From Chloroflexota bacterium (GTDB lineage: Bacteria > Chloroflexota > UBA11872), in assembly GCA_963667925.1 (NCBI GenBank), contig OY764080.1, positions 85,990-149,989 on the forward strand: a DNA stretch of 64,000 nucleotides, in the 5' to 3' direction. Each line of letters begins with the position of its first letter. The first letter of the stretch is position 1. Positions 8,825 to 17,157 of this stretch are shown in pieces. The translations under genes were made by a program, and so were the position numbers. Under the pieces are notes generated by a model that ran no database searches, was not told the origin of the DNA, and saw nothing but the letters and a program-made list of their open reading frames with translations.

Positions 8825-11132
8825 CGCGCCAGAGCGGCACCGCGGCGGCGTAGGCGAGGGCCGCGCCGAGTAGCGTCCAGGCGAAGCCGATGGACACGAT
8901 CAGGATGGCGGCCACGAAGGCGGCGGCGACCGAGGCGGTCCCGTTGACGGCCCAGGCCCAGGAGATGGCCGACCGGTTCTTGGCCAGCGCGCGGATGGCG
9001 GACGGCATGACGGTTCCCAGGGCCAGGGAGGGCATGGCCGCCAGCACGCCGATGAGCACGCGAACGGCAAGCGGCGCGCCCAGGGCCAGTGGCGCCGCCA
9101 GCAGCAGCCCGCCCAGGATGAACACGCTCATTGCGGCCATGCCGGCGGCTGTTTGCGGGTGAGGCTGCCACCAGCGCAAGGACAGGCTGCCGAGGCCGGC
9201 CCAGGCGAGCATGGCGGCGATGCCGGTGGCGAAGGCGACGGTTGGGGCGTCGAGCACCAGGATGAGGCGTTGCAGCAGGGCGATCTGGGTTGCCGTGAAG
9301 GCAACTCCAGCGGCGGCGACGTAGGCGAGACGGCGAAGCCCAACGCGGCTTGCGCCACGGCGACGGCGCCCCATGAGCGGCGCGACCATGGTGAGCGCGG
9401 CGGCTCCGGTGGCGAGGGCAGCCAGCGGGACCAGCACCAGGAAGCCGGCGCCGCCGAAGGGCTGCCAGGTTCGACCTGTGGTGGACAGGACTTCGCGCCA
9501 CTGGGTCCAGTCAAAGTAGTGGAAGAAGTAGGGGCGGTCGTCGGTGACGGATGTCCACGAAGCCGGTGTGGGATCGCCCTGGACGACGGTTCGGAAGGCA
9601 CGGTGGAGCGAGGTGTCAGGCAAGCGGTTGAAGCGGTTCGACTCGGCTTCCTGAAGTTGCACGTGAAACACCCAGTCGAACCCGTCGCGCTCGAGGCCGT
9701 TCGCCAGCGCCTGGCGTTCGGCCGCCGTAAAGGGCGTTGGACTGGCGACCATGGTGACGACTTCCAGCGAACGCCACGCGAGGACGTGAGCGGCCGGGTC
9801 GTGGATGCCTGCCAGTCGGAGGGCGTCGAGCAGGGATGCCCACATGCGCACGGACTCGGACGGGGTGGCTTGCAGCCAGCGGGTGACGACCAGGCGGCCG
9901 TCGGGCGTGAGGGCGCGCCAGCCGTCGGCGAGGGCATCGCGGGTGAGCGCATAGGTCTCACGAAGGCCGAAGGTGCCGGCGGCAACACCCTGGAAGGACT
10001 CGCGGAGGGGCCAGACCACCAGGTCGTAGGTGGCGGCTGACTCCAAGGCCGAGCGGACGCCTTGATCGAGGATGCGGACGCGGTCGTCGTTCAGCACGGT
10101 GGTCTCGGCGGCGTCCTGCCAGGCTTGACGAATCGCCGCGTCGGGCTGGACGAGGTCGATAGCGCCGACCCCGGCGCGGACCAACACGGCGGCGTCGAAT
10201 GCGCCGATGGGGTCGAGTAGCAGGGCCGAGTTGGACGGGCGACTACGGACGGCATGGGCGAGCGGGACGTGGTCGAGGGCCTCGGTCAGTGGGATGTCCA
10301 GCGCCGCGGCGTTAGCACCGTCCACGGTAAGGCCGATGTGGGGCCTGGGAATCGGGCCTGCGTAGTTCAGGCTCAGGCCGGTGGCGTTGCGGAAGCCGGC
10401 GTTCTCGAGGATGTCCACGCGTGAGTTTGTGGAGAGCTTCGTGTCGAGATGACGCGCGTCGGGTCGTTGCAGCGCCTGGGCGAGCTGCGAGTGGACGGAG
10501 ACGCGCGGACCTGACGGGGCAATGACAATGGCTGCGGCGATTAGGGCCAGACCCAACAGGCCCGCGCCCGATGCAGGCAGCCGCGGCGCCACAACCAATG
10601 GCGCGGCCACCGCCAGCGCCGCGGCCAGCAGGATCGTCGCGGCCGATCCAACAAGCGCAAGGAGCGGTACGGCCAGGGCCGCGCCGGCGGCGGACCCGGC
10701 CAGACTCGCGCCGTAGGTCGTGCCGGCGCCGGCCGGTCGATGTCGCAACACGGCAACGACGGCGACGCCGGCGCAGGTGAACGGTACGGCGGCCACAATG
10801 AAAAAGAGCGCGAGCCACGCAAGCTGGCTGGCGTCGGCACCGATGCGGTAGGTGTCCAGCGGAATGCGGTCGGCCGTGACGTAGGCGCCAACGGCGGTGA
10901 GGGCAAAAAGCGCGCCAGCCCAACTGATCGCGAATTGCGGTGCGGCTTGCGCTACACGCGTTGAAGTTGCCGTGAGGGTCCCGGCCGCGCCGATACCGAG
11001 CAGGGCCATGGCGATCGCGACGAAGGCGAAGTGGTGGCCCTGGGCAATGGCGTACACGCGGGTGAGCGCGATCTCGAACAGCAAGCTGGCTGCCGAAACC
11101 AGGATCAGACCTGCGGTGAGCCTGTACTTCAC
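8793..11132 (-). CDS. Polytopic membrane protein with spermidine-synthase-like (class I SAM methyltransferase) domain
   Basis: N-terminal TM bundle 'SAASLLFEIALTR', central Rossmann-like domain, 'TDDRPYFF', and C-terminal TMs with 'WAWAVNGTASV'. GTG at 11132 has a GAGG RBS; the ORF is open to 11225. Confidence 0.8.
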   Translation of the reverse strand: MKYRLTAGLILVSAASLLFEIALTRVYAIAQGHHFAFVAIAMALLGIGAAGTLTATSTRVAQAAPQFAISWAGALFALTAVGAYVTADRIPLDTYRIGADASQLAWLALFFIVAAVPFTCAGVAVVAVLRHRPAGAGTTYGASLAGSAAGAALAVPLLALVGSAATILLAAALAVAAPLVVAPRLPASGAGLLGLALIAAAIVIAPSGPRVSVHSQLAQALQRPDARHLDTKLSTNSRVDILENAGFRNATGLSLNYAGPIPRPHIGLTVDGANAAALDIPLTEALDHVPLAHAVRSRPSNSALLLDPIGAFDAAVLVRAGVGAIDLVQPDAAIRQAWQDAAETTVLNDDRVRILDQGVRSALESAATYDLVVWPLRESFQGVAAGTFGLRETYALTRDALADGWRALTPDGRLVVTRWLQATPSESVRMWASLLDALRLAGIHDPAAHVLAWRSLEVVTMVASPTPFTAAERQALANGLERDGFDWVFHVQLQEAESNRFNRLPDTSLHRAFRTVVQGDPTPASWTSVTDDRPYFFHYFDWTQWREVLSTTGRTWQPFGGAGFLVLVPLAALATGAAALTMVAPLMGRRRRGASRVGLRRLAYVAAAGVAFTATQIALLQRLILVLDAPTVAFATGIAAMLAWAGLGSLSLRWWQPHPQTAAGMAAMSVFILGGLLLAAPLALGAPLAVRVLIGVLAAMPSLALGTVMPSAIRALAKNRSAISWAWAVNGTASVAAAFVAAILIVSIGFAWTLLGAALAYAAAVPLWRARDLRPTSPR

Positions 11133-11265
11133 CGAACCTCGACTGACGCGATGTTCTGCTCGGTAGATCGTCACACGCGAGGTGGCCATTGCCCGCGCAT
11201 GGTCAAACGACTCGAGCTCGCTCAATCGGCACGAGCCTTGCCCACCTCACCCTCACGTGCCGGCG

Positions 11266-13875
11266 CTAGCCGCCTCCTTCAGCGCATCTGAGTTCAATCT
11301 GGTGCCTGCCGGCCGAAACCCGGATGCTGACGGTCGTGGGCGTACATTGCACGCCGGCGTCAGGGTCTTGGAGATCGTGGATTCGATCGTTGACGACGAG
11401 CGTTTGCGGCCGTTTCGCATGCCGATCCAGGGTCACGTCGGCGTCCACGCCGTCGGGAAGTTCGGCAGTCAGCACCAGGCTCGTCGCGGTTCGTTCCCAG
11501 GCCGCCTTGAGGTCGCCGTGGGGCGTGGGAACTACGCCCCTGGCCCAGTTCAGCACGCCGGGCCGAGGACGGATCCGGCAGGTCTGAAACCCCGGACCGG
11601 TTGGGGTTACGCCCAGGAGGTCGGTGGTAAGCACCACGCCGGCTCCCACCGCGCCCATATGCGTGAGGCTGCGCGGCGCCGCCCGACGCATCTGGTGGCG
11701 CGTGGCCACCTGATCGTCCGAGGTGATGGGGTTGTGATGCGAAAGAAAAGGACCCCAGGCTTCCCAGACCGTGGGGTTGTCCATGAGTTCGAGCATGGGT
11801 CGATAACGCTCGCGCACCCCGTTCAGGGCCTGCTCCGACAGCCCGCCGCGCAGCAGCGCGGTGAGAACGTCGCCGTAGTACGCGGGACTTGCTGGCGCCA
11901 GCGACGGATCCTGCGCGTGGAGCCTGGAAGCGATCCGCTCGGCCTGTTTGGAGGTCGACAAGCCGTGGATCACGGCAAGCGCGTTGCCGTGTTCGCTGGC
12001 AATCCCCGTCAGCGCCCCGTGGTGGTGACTGTCTTCGAACAGGCCGCGCTCGGGGTTCCAAAAGACGCGGCGTATCTGTGCCCGAACCGATTGAGCGATT
12101 CGCTTCCAGCGGCGCGCGTCCGCCGACCGATCCAGTTGCTCGGCCAGCCAGGCGGCGGCCTCCAGGCCAATGGCGTAGAAGATGTTGGTGGCCAGGTTGG
12201 CGCCGCGCAGGTCCACGGGCGCCCAGTCAAGCCAGTTCCAGCCGGGCAGGTCTCGCAGCAGGCCCAGACCGTCTCGGTACGGTTCGTACCAGTCGATCTG
12301 CCGCTGCACGCTGGGGTACAGGTGTATGGCGACGTCGCGTCGCCCCGTGTAGAGGTAGTGCTCACGCGCGTTGAGGCTCCAGGCCAGCAGGTGCTGGGGG
12401 ATGAAGGTGCGCGGATCGCTTCGGGCCGGCGGAAAGTTGATCGCAAGCTTGCCGTCGCCATGATCCGTGGCGGGAAAGGTTCGTAGCAGTCGGTCGGCCA
12501 GCGGCAGGTCGCCGTAGGCGACGTACATGCCGGCGATGCCATGACGCGGGTCGCCGGCGGCATATTGCACGCGCTCGCGCCAGGCGTCGGCCGTTAGCGT
12601 GTCCTCCATGTTCAGATAGACGGTGTCGGCGCAGGCCGTCCACAGCTTGGTGAGCAGGCGATCGGCGCAGGCGAATGCGCCGCGGCGCTCGGCCGGGTAC
12701 TCGTACGCGTCGAGCGAGATGCCGCTGATGCGGACCGGGGTGTCGGGGCTGCGGAGGGTGAGGTGCAGGTAGCGAAACTGGCGGTAGGTCGCCACCTCCC
12801 AAACCTGCTCACCGGCGCGGGTCAGGTAGCGGTCCGCAAGCGCGAGCCTGGATGGTACGCGGTTGTCGACCAGCAGTTGGTCGTAGGTCAGGTCCAGCTT
12901 GGCGCCCGGTTGGGCGTCCAGCCGTATACGTGGAAATCCGAAGACCTGGCGACCAAAGTCGAGCACCAGGAAGGGCTGGCGGATGCCGTGCCCGGCGACA
13001 AGGGCGCCCTGGAACACGGCGGCGGTGTCGTCGCCGCTGAGGACGGCTTCCGGCCGCTCCGCACAGGCGTGTTCCAGGGGAAGCCGGAGCTCGGCGGCCA
13101 GGAGGCGCGCCACGTCTAGTCTGGATCGTCGCCGCTGTTTCGTGGGCGGAGCGTAGGGGAACGCTGGCGGTTCCTGGTCGATCACCTCGCCAACCGTCAC
13201 CAGCCGGACGGGCAGCACCTCGCGCTCCCGCAGCAGCGGTGTCGATCGCGGCTCCAGCAGGAACCAGTCCAGTTCGCGGGGCGGAATCTCCCAGGCCGGA
13301 GCCCAGGCCGAGTCGTCGAATTCCACCCGCATCCAGTCGGGCGGGTCGGCGCTGGCGTCGTAGACCTCGGGGCTACCGAAGGTTCCCTCGAGCGGCGGCA
13401 CATCCCGATTCCAGGCCGTGGCCGGTAGCAGCTTCCAGTGGGAGTCAGATCCCAGCACGTCACACGTGCCGTCCGGCCGTGTGATCTCCAGTTCTGCCCA
13501 CAGGCCGGCGCGTTCGCCCACGGCGTAAGCGTTACCGCTCTGCGAGTGCCAGCCGTCGCCCTGATCCGCCGCGCCGTAGTGGTAGGCGCGCACCGCGATG
13601 GCGTTTGCTCCGGACCTGAGTTGGGAGGCCACGTCGTACGAGTCGTAGCTCTTGCGCCTGGGGTCGCTGCGCGCCGGGCCTCGGCCCACATAGGCCCCGT
13701 TGACGTACAAGGCGTAGCGATCCGACGCCGTGACGTGCAGGCGGGCCCGGCTGGGCTGCTGGGCGAGCGTGAAGCAGCGGCGGGCGTACAGATAAAAGTG
13801 ATAGGGCTTGGGCTCACCCTGGCACCAAATCCAGACCCCGGCTCGGTGACTCGACGGGGACACCCTGGCCCTCAT
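11266..13875 (-). CDS. GH78-like alpha-L-rhamnosidase family protein
   Basis: N-terminal 'TASDRYALYVNG..VGRGP', 'LDFGRQVFG', 'D..RER..Y.GD', 'TVWEAW' and 'VPTPHG'. GGAGG RBS precedes the ATG at 13875. Confidence 0.85.
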   Translation of the reverse strand: MRARVSPSSHRAGVWIWCQGEPKPYHFYLYARRCFTLAQQPSRARLHVTASDRYALYVNGAYVGRGPARSDPRRKSYDSYDVASQLRSGANAIAVRAYHYGAADQGDGWHSQSGNAYAVGERAGLWAELEITRPDGTCDVLGSDSHWKLLPATAWNRDVPPLEGTFGSPEVYDASADPPDWMRVEFDDSAWAPAWEIPPRELDWFLLEPRSTPLLREREVLPVRLVTVGEVIDQEPPAFPYAPPTKQRRRSRLDVARLLAAELRLPLEHACAERPEAVLSGDDTAAVFQGALVAGHGIRQPFLVLDFGRQVFGFPRIRLDAQPGAKLDLTYDQLLVDNRVPSRLALADRYLTRAGEQVWEVATYRQFRYLHLTLRSPDTPVRISGISLDAYEYPAERRGAFACADRLLTKLWTACADTVYLNMEDTLTADAWRERVQYAAGDPRHGIAGMYVAYGDLPLADRLLRTFPATDHGDGKLAINFPPARSDPRTFIPQHLLAWSLNAREHYLYTGRRDVAIHLYPSVQRQIDWYEPYRDGLGLLRDLPGWNWLDWAPVDLRGANLATNIFYAIGLEAAAWLAEQLDRSADARRWKRIAQSVRAQIRRVFWNPERGLFEDSHHHGALTGIASEHGNALAVIHGLSTSKQAERIASRLHAQDPSLAPASPAYYGDVLTALLRGGLSEQALNGVRERYRPMLELMDNPTVWEAWGPFLSHHNPITSDDQVATRHQMRRAAPRSLTHMGAVGAGVVLTTDLLGVTPTGPGFQTCRIRPRPGVLNWARGVVPTPHGDLKAAWERTATSLVLTAELPDGVDADVTLDRHAKRPQTLVVNDRIHDLQDPDAGVQCTPTTVSIRVSAGRHQIELRCAEGGG

Positions 13876-13998
13876 TCGCAATCCTCCAGGTAGCTGCGAC
13901 TGCGGCCGACGGCGCTAAACATAGAGCATGGCGGCGACGTCCGCCCGGAGCGGGCGGGTGTGACAAGCTGCGAATTACAGGCTCCCGACGGCTACGGA

Positions 13999-14658
13999 TT
14001 GCGCGTGTTTTGGAAGCGGCGGCGTGGGCGCGAGAAGCTGATGGCCGAGATCCGGCGGGCCGGGATCGTGCACTCGGAGCCGGTGCTGCAAGCAATCCAG
14101 CGAGTGGAGCGTCGCCACTTCGTCAGGCCCGGCGATGCGAGCGAGGCCTACGACAACGCGCCGCTGCCCATAGGCCGGGGGCAGACCATTTCGCAGCCGC
14201 TGGTGGTGGCGCTGATGTCGGAGGCACTGTCGATTGGTCCCGGCGACCGTGTGCTGGAGATTGGAACCGGGTCGGGATACCAGGCCGCCGTGCTGGCGGA
14301 GCTGGGCGCCGAGGTCTTTAGCGTCGAGATCATTCCGCAACTGGCGGCGTGGTCGGCAGCAAACCTGAGCAACGCGGGATATCGGAGTGTCCAGCTGCGC
14401 ACCGCCGACGGATTCTTCGGCTGGGACGAGCACGCGCCCTACGACGCCATCATTGTCACGGCGGCCGCCATTCGGATTCCACGGACGCTGATTCCGCAGT
14501 TGCGGATCGGCGGTCGACTGGTGGTGCCCGTGGGTTCGAACGCCTGGGATCAAACCTTATGGGTCGTGGAGCGGACCGAAGAGGGCGAGACGTCAACCAA
14601 CCTCGGCCCGGTGCGCTTCGTGCCGCTGACCGGCGACGGGCAAACCGCGGCGGGTTGA
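13999..14658 (+). CDS. pcm: Protein-L-isoaspartate O-methyltransferase, second copy, no signal peptide
   Basis: 'PLPIGRGQTISQP', 'LEIGTGSGYQAAVL' and 'APYDAIIVTAAA'. Start uncertain (13960, 13999, 14005 or 14041). Confidence 0.9.
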   Translation: MRVFWKRRRGREKLMAEIRRAGIVHSEPVLQAIQRVERRHFVRPGDASEAYDNAPLPIGRGQTISQPLVVALMSEALSIGPGDRVLEIGTGSGYQAAVLAELGAEVFSVEIIPQLAAWSAANLSNAGYRSVQLRTADGFFGWDEHAPYDAIIVTAAAIRIPRTLIPQLRIGGRLVVPVGSNAWDQTLWVVERTEEGETSTNLGPVRFVPLTGDGQTAAG

Positions 14659-14678
14659 AACTTCAGCCCAACTGCTGG

Positions 14679-15887
14679 TCAGACTCCCGGCTCGTCGCCG
14701 AAGCGGTCGTGCTCCTGGGGCGGGCCGTCGAACTCCAGCGCGATCACCGTATCGATGGGATCGGGAGCATAGGCCGGCAGGCCGCGCAGCCAGACGCGGT
14801 GGCCTTGCTGCTCCACGTCGACCGGAGCGTCTGATCCGAGCAGGCGCGCGCCGAGGATGCGTCCGCCGACGCCGCCCACCACGATCTCCTCGCCCGGCCA
14901 GCGCCAGCAGTGCAGGTAGAGCGTGTTGCCGATCTTGGTGTGGGTTCGGCCCGCGCTGCTGATGCGCAGCCGGTCGGCGGTTGGCTCGCTGCCGTAGATC
15001 GACTCGCCGTACACGTCCAGCCAGCGGCCCATGGCGCGCAGCCGCTCGACGGACTCGAATGGGATGCGGCCATCGGGGTCGGGTCCCACGTTCAGCAGGT
15101 AATTGCCGCCGCCGTTGGCCGCGGTGACAAGGTAGTGGATGAGCTGCCGCGGGGACTTCCACTCGCGGTCGATGGTGGAGTAGCCCCAGGTCGTGTTCAT
15201 GGTCATGCAGCTTTCCCACAGCCGATCCGGCGAGGGTGTGACGTGCTGCTCCGGCGTGTCGAAGTCCTCCGGCTGCATTGAGCGGTTGTTGATGAGGATG
15301 TCGGGATGCAGGCGCCGGACTTCGGCGTTGAGCGGGGTCGAGTTCCAGTCCTCGGGCGTGTAGGGCCAGCCGCCGTCGTACCAGAGCACCGAGAGGTCGC
15401 CGTACTCGGTGCACAGCTCCAGCACCTGGGCGTGCACGTAGTCCAGGAACTCGGCCCAGCCGTCCGGGTCGCGGGCCTTGCCGCGAAAGTAGGCCGGGTA
15501 GCGCCAGTCCAGCAGCGAGTAGTAGAACCCGTAGCGCATACCGCGCTTCTCGCAGGCATTGACGAACTCGGCCAGCAGATCGCGCTTGGCGGCGGTCTTG
15601 GGGGCCGTGAAGTCGGAGACCTGGGAGTCCCAGAGGCTGAAGCCTTCGTGGTGACGCGAGGTCAGGATCATGTAGCGCATGCCCGCGTCCTGGGCCAGCG
15701 CCACCCACTCCTCGGGGTTGTAGTGCTGGGGATCGAAGCGGTCGGCCAGTCCGCGGTATTCCTCGGGCGGAATGCTCTCTTGGTACATCGTCCACTCGTG
15801 ACGGGCCAGGAGGGAGTAGAGCCCCCAATGGATGAACATGCCGAAACGGGCGTCGTGCCACCAGGAAAGCGCGGCTTGGGTTGGCAT
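14679..15887 (-). CDS. Alpha-L-fucosidase, GH29, second copy
   Basis: 'WWHDARFGMFIHWGLYS', 'RHHEGFSLWDS', 'LWYDG' and 'GGNYLLNVGPDPDG'. AAGGA RBS precedes the ATG at 15887. Confidence 0.92.
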   Translation of the reverse strand: MPTQAALSWWHDARFGMFIHWGLYSLLARHEWTMYQESIPPEEYRGLADRFDPQHYNPEEWVALAQDAGMRYMILTSRHHEGFSLWDSQVSDFTAPKTAAKRDLLAEFVNACEKRGMRYGFYYSLLDWRYPAYFRGKARDPDGWAEFLDYVHAQVLELCTEYGDLSVLWYDGGWPYTPEDWNSTPLNAEVRRLHPDILINNRSMQPEDFDTPEQHVTPSPDRLWESCMTMNTTWGYSTIDREWKSPRQLIHYLVTAANGGGNYLLNVGPDPDGRIPFESVERLRAMGRWLDVYGESIYGSEPTADRLRISSAGRTHTKIGNTLYLHCWRWPGEEIVVGGVGGRILGARLLGSDAPVDVEQQGHRVWLRGLPAYAPDPIDTVIALEFDGPPQEHDRFGDEPGV

Positions 15888-16030
15888 TGGGGCTTCCTTA
15901 GATTGCGGAAATGAACGTTCCGCAGGATGCGACGGTTTGGCCGGTTTGGGCAACGGCGGCATGGCCTCCCGTTGTCGGTAGTGGCCTGCGGTAGCCTCGG
16001 AGACGACTAGCTCCGTCATTCGGCCGACCA

Positions 16031-16306
16031 ATGTCTGACCGTCCGTCTCGCCTCACCAGACCGCTCAACCCAATGCCTCCCGAGGTCGAACGCGCCCTTG
16101 AGGACGCCGGCGTGATGGCGGCCTACCGAGCCCGCCCGCCGTACCAGCGCAACGACTACCTGGGCTGGATCGACCGAGCCAAGCGCCCCGAAACCAGGGC
16201 CCGCCGGTTGCAGCAGATGCTGGACGAACTGGAGCAGGGGGACGTGTACATGAAGATGGCCTGGCGGGCGCGTAACGACGGTGGAACCAGGCGCCCGGCT
16301 GTCTAA
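16031..16306 (+). CDS. YdeI/OmpD-associated family protein
   Basis: 'YRARPPYQRNDYLGWIDRAKRPETRARRLQQMLDEL'. Confidence 0.85.
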   Translation: MSDRPSRLTRPLNPMPPEVERALEDAGVMAAYRARPPYQRNDYLGWIDRAKRPETRARRLQQMLDELEQGDVYMKMAWRARNDGGTRRPAV

Positions 16307-16333
16307 GCGGGGCGCCCGCTCACCTCAGCCCGC

Positions 16334-16367
16334 TTGACACTCGTACCGGTACACGACACACTCACGT
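16334..16367 (+). promoter_or_regulatory. Sigma70-type promoter of higBA with palindromic operator; probably leaderless
   Basis: TTGACA (16334-39), a 17-nt spacer, then CACACT (16357-62). The palindrome GTACCGGTAC (16343-52) lies in the spacer, and the GTG start is 5 nt after the -10. Confidence 0.6.
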
Positions 16368-16646
16368 GTGATTCGGAAGTTCCGCCACCGTGGGCTCAGG
16401 CGGCTATATGACCGGGGCGATGCCAGCAGGCTGCGAGCGGATCAGGTTGGTCGGATCAGGATCGCTTTGTCAGACCTCGACTCAGCGCGTTCACCGCGTG
16501 ACCTGTCAATGCCGGGGTACCGGCTCCACCAACTGAGGGGGAACCTGCAAGGGTTCTGGAGCATCAGGATCACAGGTAACTGGCGGATCGTATTTCGATT
16601 CGAAGGGGACGACGTGTACGACGTCGACTTAGTCGACTATCACTAA
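16368..16646 (+). CDS. higB: Type II toxin, HigB/RelE family
   Basis: '[13 protein letters not shown]', '[10 protein letters not shown]', '[15 protein letters not shown]' and C-terminal 'DYH'. Confidence 0.93.
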   Translation: MIRKFRHRGLRRLYDRGDASRLRADQVGRIRIALSDLDSARSPRDLSMPGYRLHQLRGNLQGFWSIRITGNWRIVFRFEGDDVYDVDLVDYH

Positions 16647-16662
16647 AGCGAACAGGGGATCG

Positions 16663-16965
16663 ATGGCAATGAAGAATCCGCCGCATCCCGGTCGAAGCAT
16701 CCAGGAGAACTGCCTGGAGCCGCTCGGTCTCAGCGTTACCGAAGCGGCGAAGGGGCTCGGTGTGGCGCGGCACACGCTGTCGCGCGTGCTGAACGGTCAT
16801 TCGGCGATTTCGCCGGTGATGGCAATTCGACTCGAAAAGGCCGGCTGGTCGAATGCCGAGTTTTGGCTGCGTCTCCAGACCGCCTACGACCTGGCGCAGG
16901 CGCGCCAGCGTGAGGATCAGATCAGGGTTGAGGCTTCGCCGCTTGATACCCGGCTCGCTAGCTGA
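16663..16965 (+). CDS. higA: HigA family HTH antitoxin
   Basis: 'MKNPPHPG', HTH '[23 protein letters not shown]' and '[11 protein letters not shown]'. Toxin-first gene order. Confidence 0.93.
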   Translation: MAMKNPPHPGRSIQENCLEPLGLSVTEAAKGLGVARHTLSRVLNGHSAISPVMAIRLEKAGWSNAEFWLRLQTAYDLAQARQREDQIRVEASPLDTRLAS

Positions 16966-17157
16966 CGGCAAATGCACGAGTTCGAATCCGGCGGTTACCC
17001 TCCCGGATTGCGGCCAACTACGTTGGCCCCAGTGTCGGTGCGCAGCCGACGACAGAGAGCTACCGTACCGCCCCAACCGCACGATCTTCGGGCCGAGGGA
17101 ACGAATTTCGCCGTGCATGCGTAATCTCTACAGACGGACCACTGTTTCCTGAATCGG

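Noticed and set aside
16975-16995. GAGTTCGAATCC resembles a tRNA T-loop or an att site next to higBA
   Set aside because: The flanks do not form a T-stem, there is no cloverleaf or CCA end, and the window has no integrase or second copy.
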